Shown: piece after piece, positions 12,794-26,900 of the stretch
Numbering within the stretch: position 1 is the stretch's first letter
How the letters are laid out: each line of letters begins with the position of its first letter
Origin: Paraphysomonas bandaiensis
Lineage: Eukaryota > Protista > Chrysophyceae
NCBI GenBank assembly: GCA_965644295.1
Contig: CBFFRP010000032.1
Location: forward strand, 59,208 to 123,207
Reading direction: 5' to 3'
Length of the DNA: 64,000 nucleotides
The notes under the pieces: generated by a model
Databases searched by the model: none
Told to the model about the DNA's origin: nothing
What the model saw: only the letters and a program-made list of their open reading frames with translations
Program-made: the position numbers and the translations under genes

Positions 12794-15406
12794 ATGGACG
12801 AGTCAGAAGACCAGAAGACAGCTGTTCTTGCGGAGACTAAGCGGCTGCTGGAGAACTTGAATCGAGAGAGTCTAGCCACAGTTACCCTCAAGACCATTCG
12901 AGATGAGCTGATGGGTGTGTTCGGGGATTCAGTTATTCAGTACAAAGGAGATATCAAAGCGTGCATTGCAGACTATGTTGCGACTTGCTCCTTAGTTGAG
13001 GAGGAGGAGATTGACGAGAAGGAGGATGAGGAAGAGGAAGAACAAGACATCACCGATGAGGATGAAGATGCTGAGGTTACTGACGATCCCTTTGTGGCGG
13101 CACTACCTGATGAATGGAAGGCCTCCTTCGGCGAAGTGGTGTGGGCGAAAAGTAATAAGAGATTCCCGTGGTGGCCAGCATATATATATAACCCGTGCAT
13201 GGTCAATGCTAGTGTAAAGCTTGGTGCAATGAAGTGTGCAGGAAAGAAACATTGTGTGTATTATTATGGAAGTTCCGACTTCGGGTATGTTCTACCCAAA
13301 GACATCAAACCGTACAGTGATCATCGCGAGGTCATGGTCAAGCAGAAGATAACTAATAAAAAATACGAACGCATGTTTCCGAAAGCTTTGGAGCTAGCGG
13401 ACGCAGATGTTCTCCTAAGCGTTGATGAACGGGTTGCATGGAATCATCGCACGGTCAGGAAGAGGAAGTCAACGAAAACAAAAACTGCTGTCGCTAAAAC
13501 AGAGGCTAAGAAGTCTGCTCCACGGAAGACTGCATCCGAACCTGCGGGGCAAGGTAGCAAACAGAATACCGAACGGGAGGACGAAGTACCGGAAGAAGAC
13601 AATTATGCAGAGGAAGAAATGGAAGAGGAGGAGGAGGAGGAGAGTGAGGCCGAAGCGGAATTTGAGAAGGAAGATAGCTCTGACGAGTACATTGAAAGCA
13701 GACCCGCCCCGAAAAAGGAGAAAGCAAAGAAAAAGACGGAGAAGGAAAAAAAGTCAAAGGAAGATAAAGCACAGAAAAAGCGACCTCGTGATGACTTGAC
13801 TGAGACGGAAAAGGTAATTATTGGTCACAGCCACTTTCCCGATGTGTTTCCTAACCAACTCGTCATATCAGAAGACGACATCCAAGAAGCGAAAGACTGA
13901 CAATGGACAAGCAAATGAGCCGAAGGCCAGTAAGAAAAAGCGGCCTGTTTCTGACACTTCTAAACCAGTACCCAAGGTATGTACATATGGTGTTGCACTC
14001 ATATGTACTAATTGCTTGTGGCAGAAATCTCGACAGTCTGAGGAAAAGGAGAGTGACGAAAAGCAACGCGAGAAGCTGCAGCGCATGAAAGCCAGTAATG
14101 TTAGTCTTTGTTTTCTTGGTCTGTATATAAATGATTCAGAGAGTAGGTACCTGTATGGAAGCAAGCAAGATTAGATACAGCTGTTACCACTGGTAGTGAT
14201 GGCAAGACGAAGACAAGGGAACCCGAGACAAGAGTACAGCGTGCAAGACGACTGACCGGGTAAAGTAGAATATGCATGTACCTATTAATATCTTCACACA
14301 ATGAAATGTATAATACACATTTTCAATGGGTTGTCGCTGGTGTGGCTGACCTTGGTAATACCAGGCTTATAGAAATGCACCTTGGCAAGAATCCTGCCAA
14401 TGTGGAAGGTGCCCTCAAGAGCATGTGGAAGGCCAAGGAGGTATGTCCTGCGCCCTATTTTTTTTTATACCCTTCAAGTCAGCTCTATTGTAGATGAACC
14501 TCAATCTGGAAGAACTGAAGAATAGTGGTTTTGCAGAAGCCCTCTCAGTGCTGCGAAAGCACAATAACTCGGAAATCGCCTCCGCAGCGAAACAAATCCG
14601 GAGCTACTTTAAGCAGGTATGGGAGTTCCAGATTAGTCAGCACCATAACGTCGACGCAGAGCCTGGTTGGGGCTGCTAGTGCGAGTAGTGGCACCCAGGT
14701 TGAACAGAAAGATGTCAATGCGAAAAAAGATACAGAAGTAGAAACGAAGGAGGATACCAAAGCAAAAGAGTCAGTGGTGGATACGAAGGAGAAGTCCGAG
14801 TCAAAAACGAATAGCAGTGCGGAAGAGAATGAAGGGGAGATGAGGGTTAATGACACCAAGACAAATGAGGGAAAAAATGAAGAGAGCAATTTGAAGCAGG
14901 ATATTGAACTGGAGACAAAGGATAATGAGGCCAAGATGACAGTTGAAACAACTCCCCGTGATGACGAGTCGCTAGAGTCATCATCCGCGTCGCTTGCTCT
15001 TCCTACAGTAGGAAAGGGCGACTGTGTCTCTGGCTCGTCTGTAGCTTTGTTGCTCAACGAGGGATCTGCGCTTGCAGGGTGTCCTAGATCGGTAGTCGAG
15101 CGTATCGCTGGTGTAATTGAGCGGTTAGTGATTTTGACATATAGTATCACGGATTTAACTAAGTATTGATTCAGACTATGTCCTCCTGAAGATCCTGGGG
15201 ATGGAGGCATGGAACGCTATATGAGCGCAGTTCACAAGTTTGCATTCGCTCTCAAGGTATCACACAACTCTGTGAGCTGATATTGATTGAGTTAATGTGC
15301 TCATATGTAGGACGAAAAGTATGCGGCCATGGTTGAAAGGATAACGAAACAGGACCCAAGTGTCGATATCGCTTTTATGGTAAAGACACCTGTAGAGGAG
15401 TGGTAG
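12794..15406 (+). CDS. Chromatin protein: DEK-C-like N-terminus, PWWP domain, acidic/lysine-rich linker, TFIIS-N-like helical domain; multi-exon
   Basis: VTLKTIRDELMGVFG (DEK-C-like). GEVVWAK...RFPWWPAYI...CVYYYG (PWWP). LEELKNSGFAEALSVLRKHNNSEIASAAKQI (TFIIS-N-like). Several short GT-AG introns. Inferred stop TAG at 15404-15406. Confidence 0.78.
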
Positions 15407-15954
15407 ATGGGAAGGTTCTCTACAAGCTTTGTGAATTGCAACCTTGTTGAAGTCAAGCTACCGCGTATAGATTCTTATTGTGGCTCTTCAATTGTCACTA
15501 CTACTTGTAACTTGACCTTGAATAGGTATGTCTATTTAAAGAAATTATAAAAATACGTAGTCGAATAAATCAAGCTATATATTATTGTGAAAATTCAAGT
15601 TAAGATATTTCTGATGCAAAAAATAGAGTAAATCGGAATGGCTTTGACGATGTAGCTGTAATGCTTGCAGCTGAAGCGTCTAAAATGACATGTATCTACA
15701 AGAGTATTTAATTGTATGGAGTATAATTTGTCAAACCCAATGTAGGATAAAGCGACTTACCCCTTAAGTCTAATAATTTTACACATGCAAGACGACTAAA
15801 TAGAAAATGTTGAAATCTTTTATTCCGACAAAGCTTCATATCAGCAAGGGGGTTAAAAAATAGGTTGTTGCAATAAATAACTCGATACCAGAACGTGGAG
15901 ATTATAAGGATTTGTCGGATAGGGTCGCATTGACAGATAAAATAAAGAAGGTGG

Positions 15955-16208
15955 TACGTAGTAGTGAATAGGCATTATTAGGCATAATAAAATAAATTAT
16001 TAGCAATAGGCGTCCGAACTAATTTAGCATTGAAATTGAACTTACTACTAACTACTAGTTCTTTAACTCTGATATCCTACTGCCGCCGCATAACACTACG
16101 AAAGCTGCTGTTGTGCGTCGCTGCAAGCACCAAGGTGCGAGCACCTCCGCTTTAACTCTATCACTCAAAAACCAAACGCAGTACAAGCAGAATGTTGATA
16201 TACCTGAC
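15955..16208 (+). repeat. Diverged interspersed repeat, copy 1 (copy 2 at about 48673-48862)
   Basis: Shared collinear blocks GTAGTGAAT, TATTAGCAATAGGCGT, GAACTAAT, CAAGCACCAAGGTGC and CAAGCAGAATGnTGATATACCTGA. Confidence 0.75.
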
Positions 16209-17630
16209 AGCTGCTGGCTTCAGTAGTTTTGATATGCTTAATTTCAGCAGCTAGCCCAATGCCCCAGTTAACCTTCAGGTGGGACCAGCAGTCCCGGATG
16301 CCAGCTTATACGTCAGGGCCCAAAGAGGTCTACATTAATGACACTTATATGTATCAATTCATTACATTGCAAGTAATTGGAACAGCAAACAATAATTGCT
16401 ATAATTGACTACAGCCTACGTCAGTTAGTTAACAATAACTTGTTTAGCAGCCCTGCTAATCTGTACTATTCATTAAAATGAAATCAGTAAAAAAGAGTAA
16501 CATCAGCAGAAAACTTAAAAAGCATCATTTTAAAAAACATCTTTATACATAACAAACTGTGATGTCTACAAACCAGGAATACTCTCAACACTAGAATTCC
16601 TTAAGAGGAATGATGCTGAAGTATAAAACAAGAATTAAACTACTCTTGAAAATTACCCTTCAGTGATGAAACATAAGCAAAATAGAAGATGAAATATAAG
16701 ACAATTTTACTTGTAGCATATAATAACCCTCATCAATTTGGCATTAAGCCGAAATTTGACCATTTAATGTCGTTGTGGTACTGTGACAAGATGTACCCTA
16801 ATTAATCGTAATTGATTAAAGCAGAACAGTTATACTGTTAGTGATAGAGTTAAAATATACACACGGCACGAAACGGCATTTGCTTGAATAGACGCAGCAT
16901 CAACTGTGCTGGAATTTTTTCTTTACTCTTCTCTCACTATAGCAGACTCAACGTAGTATATGTTGTAGGGTAGGTGTCTTTTTAATTCCTTCCCCTATGG
17001 TTGTAGTGTCTAGTTTTGGTATTTTATTGCAATGCAAAATAGCTGCCTGTAATGAATACTAATATACCAAGGACCAAGTAGCTACTCGTGTGTGTAGAAG
17101 TTAATTGCTTTTTAAATAATACCTTGTTCGCGCATAACATCTCGTATCTCGTGCGTGTAAATGCACAATGTCTGCGACAATAATTTACTATTTACAGTAA
17201 ATTTTATGAAACAAATTATAAATCTAAATCTCGAGGAAAAGTAACAATAGTTATAACTTTCTTATATCCTACGAGGCTTTATATGGTGCTATTGGTTTTT
17301 TATCAAAAAGCCTGACATTCATTCTCTATTGTCTTAGGGTTCACTAACCTCTAAGCATTGTCAGTGGAGATATAGATTCCATATATCGACACTACTACAG
17401 TGCACTTAATTATGGCAATAACAAGTCCAATTTGAACATCAAAGCCTTTTAGTATTTCACTAAAATGAAATCAAGTAAGAGTATGAAAGCGCTCTGTAGA
17501 AGGAACACGTACGTACAATGCAATTTATTCTACAATGATCAGATGAACAGTAAACATTCATCTACTTCTATAACACCAGAAGTTTGCATATGACTAAAAC
17601 CATATATAGAGTGACAACTACTGACATACA

Positions 17631-18651
17631 CTACGCTATACAAAGGAAGTCGTCATGAGTTAGTGGTAAATCGCCGGTAGGTGTCGGGGGCACTAGCGAT
17701 TGTGCCGGACATGTCTGGTACCCTTTTTGCCTAGAATGCGCTACCACGCACACTACAGCACCATAGCCGTGCTCAGTCAGAAGTGACCGAGCCTGTGCAA
17801 AGGGAGCATGACAAACGCCAAACTGATCGGTCATGATGATCATTTTGGGAGTGCTATGTTCCGTAGCCAAGCCATGGTCGATTGAGAGTACTCGGCGCCG
17901 CTCCATTCCGACCACTAACTGACTTACAGGATCCAAACTGTTCCCATATTCAAGCGCCTTCAACAGCCATGAGACCTCAATATCCCCATTAGCATATAAA
18001 ACTGCGGCCGAAAATTGCAAGGGATGCAAAGCCTTGAAGCTGTCGTACCTAATTGCCTCCGCAGCGCGTTGGTGCAGTTGGTGAATCTCCGCATCACACT
18101 CACACTCTTCCAAACCTCCCAGCGAGGACGCATAATTAGAGGCATACTCTACAATTTCATTTCTGTGCAAGTGGCGATACTCATAGGGGTACGGGTATAA
18201 CTGACCAAGCATGCAGGTACGGATATTTTCACCCATGCACCCTGCAAGTACAATCTCGGTATCCGGATGAGCGTGACTGAGTAAAAACTCACGACATAGA
18301 ACCCCTGGAGCTATAGGATGTACGCTATCAGTTACAATGACAGCTTTCTTTATAGTGGGTGATGAAAGTTGTCGTAATTGTACTAAGGCCGCACGCTCAG
18401 CGCATATTGCACCACCAATATATCCCTGCTCTGCATTGGCTCCTGCCATTCCAATAAATACACTATCACACAACACCAAGCCTCTTACCCTCCACAAAAA
18501 GAACCTTCCCCGCAGATTCCACCACCAATATGCAATACACCCTGAAGCTGGACTGCTTGGGGGACGAACTCAAGAGTATTCGCTTCCTATTGGCCAGAGC
18601 TATCAGATCCACGTTATTGTCCGCTAGAATGGACGGATCTTCGAATATCAT
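17631..18651 (-). CDS. Two-domain cytidine deaminase-fold protein (second domain degenerate), 2 exons
   Basis: SPKQSSFRV, GANAE...ICAERAAL and IAPGVLCREFL in domain 1. FSAAVLYANG...APFAQARSLLTE is a catalytically dead second copy. ATG at 18651; intron at about 18465-18503. Confidence 0.75.
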
Positions 18652-20497
18652 CGTACGAGAGTGGCTATGAGGAGTGAAGGTATGTGTTCTGGCGAGTAGC
18701 AACCTCAAGCCTCTAGACGTTGCTGAGATTGAGCAACACGCTGGACGCTGCTGATGTGGTGGAGATTAACAATCTGCTTGCTTTTCAGCTAAAAACTGAG
18801 AATCTGAGCTGTGCTGTGCAATAAACAGGATTTTAGGTGGTAAAAATAGGTCGGCTTCCAAAATTCCTAAGAAAATCAAGTTTTTTGGCACTTATTGAAC
18901 TAACTTTTCTATGTATAACTATAATTTCGGGGGTTTCTAGGAAACAGATGCTGTCTGGACGTTACTACGTCGTAACGGCCTGGCTGTCTGTCTCATCTAT
19001 GAATCTTACAGAGATATCGCTGTGTCAATACCAGAAGAAAGAAGAAGGAGAACAGAGATCGAAACAACTCAAGCGGTTGTCTCAAAGGCATGACGGCGTA
19101 ATGATAAAGCTATTCTCTGAATGAACGAGACCCTCTGAGCTCTCAGTCTCTTCATTGCACAGCTCTGATACTGGCTGCATTGTGAATGAAGAATATATTT
19201 CTGCAACTGCAGTAAGGAATGATAGTATCTCTTCTGAGGCTCGTGCTTCTACATGACAAAGGTACTAAACTCTATCAATAATTGGAGGTTATCGAAGCTA
19301 TGAAGTCACTCTAGAAGGAAGTCAGGATGTTCATAACGGGATACAAAAGGACTGCTGTTAACTAGAAGGCTTAGGGTAATACGTCTATCTACGAAGGTAC
19401 GAGACATATTCCAATACAAGCATTTCGAAGAGTTGATGATGCATGACACAAACTGCAACGAGTGTATGACACAACTGTGGGATAGATGCCTGCATGAAAA
19501 TAGGGCTGAAGACATGGGTCCATGACGGTTGGTCGCATGGATTCCATACAAATATGTCGAAACGCAAAGTACTTCAAGGTGAAATATGTTATGGAGACCT
19601 TTTTCAAGATGTAAGAATAAAGACTTCGGAGCAGTGTCTGAAACATCTAAGGTGGCTGATACGCTAATAGGTGAGTGTTTTGTGTCGATAACTAGTAGAA
19701 AGAATGGTGTATCCAGTAGACTACCTGAATTGTCCTGCGTAAGTTAAAAAGAAAGAAAACGAATTATTCTGCAATCCTGAACTGTAGTACTCGAATATTA
19801 ATTCTTAAATACAACCACAATGAAATTCTATACACTAAAGTTTATAATGTAGTATTCACTGTAATAGCCTAGCTCAGACAGTAGTCATGAACAAGCGTAT
19901 TTGAAATCCGTTGAAACACGTTTACGGAAGAGACTGACTGATGTTTTAAGGTCACTAATTCATGCGTTAATCTCATAGTGCAGTTATGTATCGATCATAT
20001 CATATCAAACAATAGAAACGCACCACTGTATTCTTACAGTACATGTTTTATTTTACAGGTGGAGTCATACATCCAACTGTGTCCTACTGTGAGATTCGGT
20101 GGTTGCGTACCCTATAGCAGTGTTAGAAGAGATTACATCATTTAATTGGCAATGTTGAGTTCTACTGTATGATATAAATTGTACAAATCAAGACAGTAAC
20201 TATAGTACCATAGATGAAACCAGCTTCCAGTACAATGGGTGAATTTCGTTACAAAGGAATTAAACTCAGTTCCTGATGTATGGATGTCGTATTGACATGA
20301 ACTTATGATGATCTAATGTTCACCTGATGTTACATGAACACTATAAGAAGTATTTAGGTTAGTAACTACAATTCCTCTTTGGATGAGTAAATATGAGATT
20401 TACGTAAAGCAGTCTCAAGGTTCATACATAGTAAAAGTTTAACTGAACACCTACGTCTAGTGTGGAAGTAAATTTGCGAGGTTGTGACCGCTTACGT

Positions 20498-20604
20498 CAG
20501 GGCCTGGTAATTTTAATGCTAACGCCATTATATTTGCAGTAACATATTTTATTAATGGCCATTATACGTGCGGGGAATGGGCCATTAACGGTTGGTATGC
20601 CCTG
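20498..20604. mobile_element. hAT-type MITE (107 bp)
   Basis: Termini CAGGGC...GCCCTG are inverted repeats, flanked by an 8-bp duplication GCTTACGT / GCTTATGT (1 mismatch). A diverged inverted copy lies at about 49029-49121. Confidence 0.7.
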
Positions 20605-20961
20605 GCTTATGTACTGTTACGAGAGGTCTCATGCCCTCAAACAAATATCAGTAACGCAAGATTAATGTTGCTTGTATGAGATAGATCGCAACAGAGCATC
20701 GTGACTGGTGATCGTAGTATACCACGTTTTCATAATTTTCTCACTGTCTTCTTCAGAAATAAAGATCACAAAATCTTAGAAATTAAAAATGTAGTACAAA
20801 CAAACAATCATTGCATATCGTTCATGAGAGCTGAGTTCATGTCACCACATGATCCACACACGACGACATACACTACGTACGATGAATTAATATTTACTAG
20901 CTTCATACACCATCTATTTCATGCGTGCTACTAAGCACGACTACAAAACCTTCTTCTATCC

Positions 20962-23900
20962 TCAGTCGAAAATGCCTAAATTAGAATGTTCAACCATTGA
21001 TTTCTTCATGGGACCAGACGGACGGATAGATTTCGTGTGACCGACAAGATAGTTGACGATGTCATTGTGACCATTGTGGTATGCCAGCAATGCAGGTGTT
21101 AAACCACAATCATTCGGATGCACACTTTGCACTCCGTTTTCTACGAGCCACTTTACAATATCTATATCACCAACAGCGCATGCCATATGGAGAGCAGAAT
21201 TTTGGCTAGAACTGATGTGATGAATGGAGCAACCCTGTTGCGCCAACCACCGTGCCATATTTAGATTACCAGAGAGACACGAGTAAAGGAAGGCCGTGCG
21301 ACCTGATATATCTGCTTTGTCAATCGAGGCTCCGTTCTTTATTAGGCAAACCACGACATCAGGAACATTGTTCATACATGCAAAATGCAAAGCCGTTCGC
21401 CCAAATTTATCGACATCATTTACATCAAAAGTTTCCGTCTGGGATAGCAGTAGCAATACCAGGGCTGCATAACCGTTTCGTGCAGCCGTATGTAACAACG
21501 AGCAACCCTGTTCGTCTCGGACAAGGAGGTCCAAATGTGGCAACACTGACCTCGGCATATCAAAAACGTCTCTCAGTAAATCTGTCATGCCACGTCTACA
21601 CAAAATATGCAGCGGTGTCACCCCTTTTTTATCTTTAGCCATCAAATCCCCACCCGCCTTAATTAGAAACATGATCAAATCCGAGTACTGCTTTTCACAA
21701 GCTATATGTATTGGTAGCGAGCCATCGGCAGAAAGAGAGTGCAGTAAAGCACCTTTGCTCAATAAATACTGCACTATTGAGACGCTACCAGACATGCAAG
21801 CTAAATGCAGCACCGTGTAATTTTCAGGTGAGTTGCTGGACAACACTGACGTACCAGTTTCGATTAAATAGCGGCAACGCATTAAATCTCCTTCCTTACA
21901 GGCTCTGAACAACTCCACCTTCATTCGCTCTGACTCAATATTAGCCTCATCAGAGGTTGTGGTGCATTGTTCAATTTCACTATATACATCTGCCAACTTG
22001 TCATATTCTGACTCGAACCCAAAGTTGCCGCTGTATTCCTGAGTGCTATCCGACATACAGGAGAACATTGATGTCTTCTTACGAGAAGTGGTTAGGCCTG
22101 CAGAAACACCAGGACTGTTTCCCTCTTCTCTTGGGCGACTTCTCTCGATTTCCATTGTATTTTTCACATCCGTACTGAACCATGTAATGATATCCACATG
22201 CTGATATTTGATCGCCATAGATAGGCACGAGTATCCATGTACATCTTTCACTAGTGGATCCGCACCGTATTGAAAGAGCAACCTCGCCATATCTAAATGA
22301 CCTTTCGCAACGGCATAGAAGAGAGGTGTTCTACCGGAATCTGTTCTTTCGTCCACTTCGTGCCCTTGCATGATCAGAAACTTGAGGTACTCTGTGTGTC
22401 CGCATCCGGCAGCGTAATGCACCAAAGTTTTACCGTGGGGAAATTTTCGCTTCGCAATCATCGTCGGGTTCAGGGTTTCTAAAATAGTCTTCGCACTCGT
22501 GAAATCGTCGACTCGTAATCGATCTTCGAGTGTTCCGAGCGACGAAAAGACTTCTTCATCATCATTTCCCGTACAATCAACATCGGTCAGTGGTTTCGCT
22601 AAATCCTCCAGCAAATGTTGATGCCCGTTTGCCGAAGCCATATGAATAGGAGTTACACCACTGGAATTCGGCTTTCGAGGGTCTAAACCAATGCTCATTA
22701 ACCACCTGGCAACATCCATATGCCCATTTTCACAGGCCAAATGCAAAGCCGTGTTTAAGGGATCAGACGAGCCACCAGTACGAAAAGCATCAACCTCTTC
22801 GCTGTCATATAGCCACTGCAAAATTCGCAAATGTCCAAAGTATGAAGCACATAGAAATGGGGTAGAGCCAGAATTATCTGCAGCGTCAATCTCTACCCCA
22901 TTCTTCACTAGCCACATTGCTAATCGAAGATGGCCATAAAGGCATGCTATATGCAATGGAGTACGCCCAGATATCTTATTCCTACGATGCACGCTCGATC
23001 CTCGGCGAACTAAATATTTGGCGATATCAATATTTCCATTTGCGCAAGCCTTGTCCATTGGAGTATGATCGTGAAGATTTACACCCTCTAAGTCTTGGCC
23101 ATTATCAACCAGAAGACGGACAAGTTCACAGTTTCCACTCGAACAAGCACCATGTAAACAAGTATCCCCAGAATTATTGACAGTATTCAACGGACACCCA
23201 CTCAAACTGAGCAAATATTCAACGACATCGTAATTCCCATGAAGACAAGCTACATGAAAGGGTGTATTTCCATTAGAGTCTTTGCAGAGCTGCATTGCTC
23301 CGTGCTGTAAAAGAATACGAACGCCGGAAGGTGAGCAGCTTTCACATGCTCGATGTAGAGGTGTACGACATTCCATATCCATTGCATTAGCTAATGCTCC
23401 TTTCTCAATTAGTAGGTAAATGCATTTTATACACCCCTTCGAGCAGGCCAGATGTAGCAAAACTTCTCGTTTCACGCTCAAAATATTGGGGTCAAATTCA
23501 TCAAAAACATCAACCAGGGATTTCAAGAAAGTGTAATTAATATGTTCACATACATAATGCCAGATCGTGAATCCCTCAATGTTTCGGAGCGTTGAATCCG
23601 CGCCAATAGACAGCAGCCATGCTGTTAACTCAAGAAATTCTCCTTTGCATGCAAGGAACAACGGTGTTTCACCATCATTATTCACAGCATTCACATCGAC
23701 ATTAGCTTCAAACACAAGCCACTGGGAAAGAGGAATAGATCCAACTGTGGCGGCAACATGAATCGAGCAATTGCCACAACATTCTTCGAACGGTGTGCAG
23801 GGATCTGCCCCTTGTGCAACCATCATCTTCACGGCATTGACATCTCCAGCCCTGCATGCAGCAAGTAAACTGCTTTTCAAGCCACGTCGTGTTGTGTCAA

Positions 23901-26900
23901 CGTCGAGAACAACTTGCTCTTCAGTTGGAAAAGATGTTGGACTATTTATTTCATAATTACCGGTTGGTAGCAAGTAAGGAACGCCTAATTTCGTTTCGAA
24001 TGTAAACACAAAAATATCTAGCGAAGAGTATATATTACATTACCTGAGTCGTCAACAGAAGATAGTTTCTCCAGCCATGTCGCAATGTCAGTATTCCTCG
24101 CCAGTCGTGAAATTTGAATAGCTGAAAGGCCTGCCTTATTTCGAACGTCGGCCCGAAGACCAGCTGACACAAGCCACTCAATGAGACCTGTATTCGATGT
24201 GCGGCAGGCGAAATGCAACGCACTGTTTCCCGACAAGTCAGTGAATGACATGGCAGCGCTGCCTTCCTCTACTAGACATTTTGCAATTTCGAAATACCCT
24301 GCAGCACACGCAGACAGAAAAGGTGTCATGCCATGAATATCACGGCGATTAACAATCGCATCATAAGAAAGCAAACAGCGAACTGCATCGACATGGTTGT
24401 TACTTGCAGCACAGTGCAAAGGTGTTGACCCATTATCATCAGTTGTATTTACATCCGCAGAGTTCGACAATAAGTGTTCCAATACATGCACATGTCCTCT
24501 GTAACTGGCACAATGAAGAAGGCTTAATCCAGTTGACGACGACAGATTAACATTATCAGCGGTAATGTAAGGAAGTAGAGATTCTAATCCATTCAAACAA
24601 ATGTAGTGCATCGGGGTCAGTCCCATCGCACTTGGAGTTAAGAGGCAAGCACCTTGATTGACGAGCCACGCAGCAACATCTGGATGGCACTCCTGACAGG
24701 CATGGGTTAATGGAGTCATTCCTTCATCATCATACTCATCCAATTGGGCACCGTATTCATATAACAATTTCATAGAGTCTATGTCACCAGCTCCTGCAGC
24801 AAGGTGGGGTGCCCCCCTTCCATCCTTGAGGTAAAAATGAATATCCACGCCAGAGTGGAGAAACTCCTGTACATCACGTGATCTTCCCTCACGACAAGCT
24901 CGTAAAAAGTCAGTTTTCTGTTGTAAGACTCGTTTGCACTCCGCTTCTTTTTCATCATTAATAAATACCCCTTCCACTTCCAGTGAATCAGACTTAATTG
25001 CTCTTACTTCCGTAGAGTCTACCAAAGCGCGCAAGTGAAGTAAATATAACTCTCCTTGCCCAGTGACGTATTTCCTCATATAGGATTTCCAAAATTTGGA
25101 TGCAGTGCTAAGTTTACCTGTGACCTCATCACCTTCATCATCTACCAAAACAAAGTGATCGATTGTGCTTTCAGTTTCGTTTACAGAGAACAAAGACAAT
25201 ATAATTTTACTCATTTCGGACCATGTCAACTCTGCAGAGAGATAAGCCTCTTTGATTGAACCGTTTTCTTCATTTCCCATCCGGAAACGAACTTTTTCTG
25301 TTGTACTATCTGTAGAGTTGGGAGTTGACGTTAACTGCTGCACAGTATTAACCGATTCTACGCCACTGCACTGCCCGATATGATTCAATAAAGTGCTATG
25401 CAGTCTAGCATTGGTAATTAGTGCGTCAGCAGTAGAAGCCTGCACAAAATCAACATAACTCCCAGCGCTCATCGAAGTGGACACGGTATCAAGTTCAACT
25501 GCAAATCGAGGGTGGCCAGCCCCACTATCCAATGGAGCATTCCTAAACGACTCCCAGAATTTGGTTGCTGTTTGGATTGGTTGCCCAATTACGACATCTT
25601 CCTTATCGAGAAGACTTAAACTCCGAATCCAATTACTTCTGGTTTCAGATAATTTGCAATTAGACAATATCGCCGTTGTTAGGTCGTCCCAATTTGCATG
25701 ACAGTTGACAGATACAGCAACTACATTTCCAGCGTTCGTGACAACAGTAAATGTAACATCACCTTCATGGGAATGACATGTTGGGGAGATTTGTACTTCT
25801 CTCTCGTTCTCTTTTTCAAATACCAAATAGTGCAGGGGAGCATATAACTCTGACATTTTCATATGAAATGACCAGAAGCCCTCCTTGGTTTGAAGTTTCG
25901 CACTCATCACCTTCCCGTTAGCATCAAAACATTGGAAATATAATATACTCTTCGATTCAATCCCGAGCTGTGCTGCCACTTCGGACCAAATATCGAAACC
26001 GGGGCTTGAATGAAATGGTACAGATATATTAAAAACATGACTTCTGCTATTTTTCATCGCCACAGTAAAGTCGTAATTTGTTGATACCTCAGGTGTATCA
26101 TCTTTGCCATGTTGCTGCTTGGTGTTCACTGCAGCGAATGAGCATTTTGAGATTGAGTCGTAATCAAACAAAGTTTCGACTTCGGATATTGGTGCGCTCG
26201 ATTCGCCAGAGCTGTCATGAAACAAAATAACAGACTCCACAGCTTCATTCGATGGTATCGACAGTGCTTCAGAAAGAGAGCATACAAATTCACTCCAGAT
26301 ACAATTCTTCGGAACAGTCACAGCAGCAGATTTCGAAGAATTTCGAGATAAAAAAAAAGTGATTGTGATATCACTTGCTACCCCCATTTCTGTGTCATTC
26401 CCCATATCAATGCTGCTCTCGGTGTCTGCATGTACATTCTCTTTTTCAGGGATACTCTCAACAAACTCAAACCCACTCTGCAGAGAATCATGGCTGGCAC
26501 CAACCTTTTGAGTTGTAAGTTGAACCACTACTCGCAAAGTATTACCATTGCCATGAAAAGCGACAAGTTTCCAAAGTTTGGCAGCTTCATTAATTTTTCC
26601 ACTCAGTTCATCACCATCATCGTCGATCAGTATTGCGTGCGAAACTACTGTGCTTGTCGGAAGCGTTTCAACCTCACATAACACATTCAATATGTCGTCC
26701 CATGTTACTCTCTCGTGAAGTACAACAACCTTACGATTCGCAACAACATCGTTATCCAAATAGGCATCGACAGTAACAAAAACTTGCCGTTCGTCAGTAA
26801 CGACACTTGGTCTGTCCTTGCTAGATTCAGGTTGTTCTTGAACTATAGGATCACATACTGCCGGAAAAAAATTCTTATCAACATTATCCTCACCACAGAT

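Noticed and set aside
14545-15210. 221-aa minus-strand ORF
   Set aside because: Antisense shadow of the Glu/Lys-rich exon of the PWWP gene.
18837-19700. Coding-like stretch with short ORFs, possibly a decayed transposon or gene
   Set aside because: Multiple stops in all frames and no recognisable motif.
24010-24020. Possible stop-codon readthrough or frameshifting between consecutive ORFs of the giant gene
   Set aside because: Ordinary 45-59-bp GT-AG introns restore the frame at all six junctions.
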